Of a DNA stretch of 64,000 bases, positions 59,101-64,000 are shown piece by piece. The stretch lies in the NCBI GenBank assembly GCA_950097015.1, contig CATNEN010000001.1, forward strand, positions 9,982,001 through 10,046,000, read 5' to 3'. A program made the position numbers and the translations under genes. A model generated the notes under the pieces. That model was not told where the DNA came from. It made no database searches and was given only the letters and a program-made list of their open reading frames with translations. Position 1 is the stretch's first letter; every line of letters begins with the position of its first letter. This DNA is from Macrostomum hystrix (lineage: Eukaryota; Animalia; Platyhelminthes).

Positions 59101-62100
59101 TTAGCACCAAATGCACCATTCAGGGACTTTGCAATCGCTGTCAACATTCGTCCAGCCTGTAGGAGTATAAAAATGTTAAATTTGCAAGTAAAACGGAAGT
59201 TCTAAAAATAATTTTCTACGAATTGACCCTTTTAAAGAGGTTAGGCTGAGAACGGCTTCTCAGGGTAAGAGTTGTCAGAGACAGGGGGTTGTCAGGGTGA
59301 GAGTTGTCAGAGACAGGGGGCTGTCAGTGAGAGAGTTGTCAGAGACAGGGGGTTGTCAGGGTGAGAGTTGTCTGAGACAGGGGGTTGTCAGGGAGAGAGT
59401 AGAGATAGACAGTTTGTCAGGGACAGAGCGGTTTCAGTGTGAGGGTTGTCAGTTCAGGGTCGCCAGAGAAAAGCCAGCTGTCAGAGGAGGTTCGCACCAT
59501 CGAGGCAGACTTTGTCGCCGTCAGCTGAGCAGCGGTAGTGTCCATTATTGTCGTCATTATATGGGACGCATTTATTTTCGCACAGAGGTCCGTATTGATT
59601 GGCCTTACACTTGAACTGATAGTTTACCTGCAGTCTGTTGCAGGATGTGAAATCGGATGCTAATTTTTAGAAAAGCATGACTGACTGATCAGTGCGACTA
59701 GTTACTCGTAATTGGCTCAAGCAGGACGCTTACGTGCGATCCGCAGTCGAGCCGGTCAAGGTGCGATTCTGCTGGGTTCTCACAGGCTCCAGCATCAGGA
59801 CGAAGATGTCCATCAGTTGTTTCTGTTCGCCGCTCCTTTCGTCATGTTCGACGGTTACTTTGAGAAAGATATGCTTCTGAAAGCAAGGAGAAAGGCGAGA
59901 TGATTGACTGTGACAAAATCTTACTGTCCAAGCTAAACAATGCGAGAAACACTTACTAAGTCATTCATTCGAACCTCGCAAACAATGGGATTTCTCATGG
60001 CACCGATAGTTCCGTTGAATTCGATGAACTTCTTATCCGGCGGCGTGTCTCCAATTTTATATTCATTTGTTTGCCGATAATTCAAGTTCTTCAATCTGGG
60101 GAGCGGGTGTTTCAGCGCACTCTGATCGATGTGAGACACAATATAGTTACTAGAGTCAAGTAAGTAGGGCTTCTTTTAGAGAACTTAGCGGAAGTAAGAT
60201 CACTGATTTATAAAGTAACGCAATAAGAACTAATGCTGAGTAAAGTAGCGGAAGTAGGAATACTGAATAAAGTAATAAGTAATAAAGTAATAAAGTAGCG
60301 GAAATATGATTAGTGATAGATAAGGTAGCGGAAATATGATTAGTGACAGATAAAGTAGCGGAAATATGATTAGTGATAGAAAAAGTAGCGGAAATATGAT
60401 TAGTGACAGATAAAGTAGCGGAAATATGATTAGTGTTAGATAAAGTAGCGGAAATATGATTTGTGTTAGATAAAGTAGCGGAAATATGCTCAGTGATAGA
60501 TAAGGAAGCGGAAATATGATTAGTGATAGAAAAAGTAGCGGAAATATGATTAGTGACAGATAAAGTAGCGGAAATATGATTAGTGCTAGATAAAGTAGCG
60601 GATATATGATTAGTGACAGATAAGGTAGCGGAAATATGATTAGTGACAGATAAAGTAGCGGAAATATGATTAGTGACAGATAAAGTAGCGGAAATATGAT
60701 TAGTGATAGATAAAGTAGCGGAAATATGCTTAGTGATAGATAAGGTAGCGGAAATATGATTAGTGACAGATAAGGTAGCGGAAATATGATTAGTGACAGA
60801 TAAAGTAGCGGAAATATGATTAGTGACAGATAAAGTAGCGGAAATATGATTAGTGATAGATAAGGTAGCGGAAATATGATTAGTGACAGATAAAGTAGCG
60901 GAAATATGATTAGTGATAGATAAAGTAGCGGAAATATGATTAGTGACAGATAAAGTAGCGGAAATATGATTAGTGATAGATAAAGTAGCGGAAATATGAT
61001 TTGTGTTAGATAAAGTAGCGGAAATATGATTAGTGATAGATAAAGTAGCGGAAATATGATTAGTGACAGATAAAGTAGCGGAAATATGATTAGTGATAGA
61101 TAAAGTAGCGGAAATATGATTTGTGTTAGATAAAGTAGCGGAAATATGCTTAGTGACAGATAAAGTAGCGGAAATATGATTAGTGATAGATAAGGTAGCG
61201 GAAATATGATTAGTGTTAGATAAAGTAGCGGAAATATGATTAGTGTTAGATAAAGTAGCGGAAATATGATTAGTGTTAGATAAAGTAGCGGAAATATGAT
61301 TAGTGTTAGATAAAGTAGCGGAAATATGCTTAGTGATAGATAAGGTAGCGGAAATATGATTAGTGATAGATAAAGTAGCGGAAATATGATTAGTGACAGA
61401 TAAAGTAGCGGAAATATGATTAGTGATAGATAAAGTAGCGGAAATATGATTAGTGACAGATAAAGTAGCGGAAATATGATTAGTGACAGATAAAGTAGCG
61501 GAAATATGATTAGTGATAGATAAAGTAGCGGAAATATGATTAGTGTTAGATAAAGTAGCGGAAATATGATTAGTGTTAGATAAAGTAGCGGTTTTAGAAT
61601 TGCTAACGGATAAATGATTGCAACCAGGAGTACCAATTATTAATAGCAGGGACTATTAAATAAAAGAGCCACTAAAATGCACAAGTACAATGAAAATTAA
61701 CGTTCCGTTACCCATCGTTGGATTCGCGAATAACTTCAAAGCGAAACACGGCGTTGCACTTGAGTTTCTTGTTAGTGGGCGACAGACTGACGATGCTGCA
61801 CGGCTCTCCATTGACCAGAGCGAGATTGGGATTTTCGTAACGAATTATTTCAATTTTCAAGTCCGAGCTGATTATCGACTCCCTGGCGCAGTCTGGCCCA
61901 CCCGACTGGCCCTGACGATACAGGGTTTGGGAAACTGATTCTCTACATTGGCGAACACCCATTTTAAGCGTTTCAATATGCAATCAGGCCGCCATAGGAC
62001 GCCAGAACCTACTTGGTTTGATGATTGAACAGCTGAAACTAGCCTTGCAGAGATGAGACAGGGGGAGATGAGACACGGAAGAGATGAGACACAGGAGAGA

Positions 62101-63125
62101 TGAGACACTGGAGAGATGAGACAGGGGAGAGATGAGACACTGGAGAGATGAGACACAGGAGAGATGAGACACTGGAGAGATGAGACAGGGGAGAGATGAG
62201 ACACGGGAGAGATGACGCACGGCATAGATGACACACGGCATAGATGAGACACGGCAGAGATGAGACACGGCAGAGATGAGACAGGGGAGAGATGAGACAC
62301 GAGAGAGAGATGAGACAGGGGAGAGATGAGACACGGGAGAGATGAGACAGGGGAGAGATGAGACAGGGGAGAGATGAGACAGGGGAGAGATGATCGACAG
62401 GGGAGAGATGAGACAGGGGAGAGATGATCGACAGGGAAGAGATGAGACAGGGGAGAGATGATCGACAGGGGAGAGATGAGACAGGGGAGAGATGAGACAG
62501 GGGAGAGATGAGACAGGGGAGAGATGAGACAGGGGAGAGATGAGACAGGGGAGAGATGATCGACAGGGGAGAGATGAGACAGGGGAGAGATGATCGACAG
62601 GGGAGAGATGAGACAGGGGAGAGATGAGACACAGGAGAGATGAGACAGGGGAGAGATGAGACAGGGGAGAGATGAGACAGGGGAGAGATGAGACACAGGA
62701 GAGATGAGACAGGGGAGAGATGAGACAGGGGAGAGATGAGACAGGGGAGAGATGAGACAGGGGAGAGATGAGACAGGGGAGAGATGATCGACAGGGGAGA
62801 GATGAGACAGGGGAGAGATGATCGACAGGGGAGAGATGAGACAGGGGAGAGATGAGACAGGGGAGAGATGAGACAGGGGAGAGATGAGACAGGGGAGAGA
62901 TGAGACAGGGGAGAGATGAGACAGGGGAGAGATGAGACACAGGAGAGATGAGACAGGGGAGAGATGAGACAGGGGAGAGATGAGACAGGGGAGCATATTT
63001 AAGCATATTTAAAAGACATTTCTTATGGAGACGGACTAATGCACTTGTCCACTTACATGAGCAGCTGATATCCAGAACAGAGCGCTGATAACTAAGACAG
63101 AGTATTGAAAGGAGAGGGCCCGCAT
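59101..63125 (-). CDS. Secreted Delta/Serrate-like Notch ligand: signal peptide + C2/MNNL + DSL only, ~265 aa, 6 exons
   Basis: Exons 63125-63057 (MRALSFQYSVLVISALFWISAAH), 61911-61712 (LKIEIIRYENPNLALVNGEPC...C.AVFRF), 60149-59957 (NPIVCEV), 59876-59734 (IFLKVTVEHD...LMDIF), 59634-59498 (VNYQFKCKANQYGPLCENKCVPYNDDNNGHYRCSADGDKVCLDG), 59156-59101 (WTNVDSDCKVPEWCIWC*). All GT-AG and in phase (798 nt). Six-Cys DSL signature complete. Confidence 0.85.
59262..59425. repeat. ~33-bp degenerate minisatellite (gttgtcagagacagggggttgtcagggtgaga) in the last DSL intron
   Basis: 3-4 tandem units. Confidence 0.75.
60290..61591. repeat. 30-bp minisatellite (taaagtagcggaaatatgattagtgataga)n in DSL intron 2
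   Basis: ~43 exact-length units; source of the spurious 468-aa hydrophobic ORF. Confidence 0.97.
62049..62992. repeat. 16-bp minisatellite (gagatgagacagggga)n in DSL intron 1
   Basis: Same unit as 48150-50962, plus 17-bp gatcgac variants. Confidence 0.97.
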
Positions 63126-63209
63126 TCTTGTGGCTTATCCGGGTTAATTTGCAAGCCGAAAATGGTTTTAGTTCAGCTCATCGATTATGCTCTGTGCAGC
63201 CCGCAGATC

Positions 63210-63216
63210 CTATATA
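63210..63216 (-). promoter_or_regulatory. Candidate TATA box of the DSL gene
   Basis: Minus-strand TATATAG ~85 nt upstream of the ATG at 63125. Confidence 0.35.
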
Positions 63217-63501
63217 CACTAGATGGTTCACTCAATGCTTAATTTTGTTCTGTCTATGGTTGGAATCGAACTTAGCTAATCTTAGAAATTATGTATGCTA
63301 TATAGTGTACGAGCGTATGTAGGATCTACGAGCGTATGGGTGGTGCGTTAATGTTAAACCCAAGGACAACTTAATAACTTAATAACATGATTTATTAAGT
63401 TGTCCTTGGTTAAACCTAAATTACTAATGAACTCATCCATATGAAATCCATACTTTTCAAGCTATAAGTAGCATCATCAGATTTTATAGTACTTGTTTAT
63501 A

Positions 63502-63740
63502 GTAACACACTAAAAGTGGGGAACGAACCTCGCGCTGGCAGACCGAGACCGGTTTCTGGCTTGTTTGCCTTCGTCATTCAACCATAGCCACACGCCGTCC
63601 TCTCTCACCACTCTTAGTATGCACAGAAGTCTTTTTTAAGCTTTCCATTTTATGGCGATACTTTTTTAGTGTTATGTGAGAGTTTTGCAGTCAAATCTTT
63701 GCTTTTCTACTGTTGTCAGTAGTCTGAATTGTATCTCTCA
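63502..63740 (+). mobile_element. ~235-bp dispersed element, copy 2
   Basis: Co-linear and highly similar to 42310-42543; similarity stops at the same two ends. Confidence 0.75.
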
Positions 63741-63877
63741 AAGTACTGAAATAGAACACAAAGCAGTAGCAACAGGATACATAATAAACACCAACGTCAC
63801 ACCTCTTCTAACCTGGCATCTTGCCAACACAAGTCAGTATCGTCTTGAAATACAAGCGTAGGAGCGATGATGCGTTA

Positions 63878-64000
63878 TATGGGATATGGACATTGGGATG
63901 TCAACAGTGGGATAGAAACTGTGTGATAGAAACAGTGGGATGTGGACAGTGGGATATGGACAGTGGGATATGGACAGTGGGATGTGGACAGTGGGATATG
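63878..64000. repeat. 14-bp minisatellite (tgggatatggacag)n, running off the window
   Basis: Tandem units at the window end. Confidence 0.85.

Noticed and set aside
60230-61636. 468-aa hydrophobic ORF resembling a multi-pass membrane protein
   Set aside because: 30-bp minisatellite inside intron 2 of the DSL gene.
52396-63125. Single DSL-cGLR fusion gene, or a functional cluster of the window's genes
   Set aside because: The DSL gene has its own stop and a candidate polyA signal; adjacency alone is not evidence of a shared pathway, though co-transcription across the ~760-bp gap is untested.

Overview
Intron-containing animal genomic DNA, AT-rich and packed with minisatellites. The style fits a free-living flatworm such as Macrostomum, but that is inference. 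By joining exons at GT-AG sites by hand, with reading phase checked at each junction, I get eight protein-coding models: (1-2) a tandem pair of 9-exon genes for a secreted ~753-aa triple-VWA protein, with patchwork identity suggesting gene conversion; (3) a CLIC/EXC-4-like chloride intracellular channel; (4) an unknown low-complexity protein with an N-myristoylation motif; (5) a FAAH-type amidase; (6) a FaNaC-like DEG/ENaC channel; (7) a ~1706-aa protein fusing a long helical-repeat solenoid, ankyrin repeats and a Mab-21/cGAS-like (cGLR) nucleotidyltransferase with intact catalytic acidic residues; (8) a 6-exon, ~265-aa Notch-ligand-like gene (signal peptide + C2/MNNL + DSL) that stops right after the DSL domain, with no EGF repeats or transmembrane segment. 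Gene 8 is largely missed by the ORF track. Genes 7 and 8 are the strongest novelty candidates. Between the genes are ~16 tandem arrays, a 5'-truncated RNase H-bearing LINE remnant, tRNA-derived SINE-like repeats and several MITE/hairpin elements. All family assignments come from motif recognition; no database search was run.
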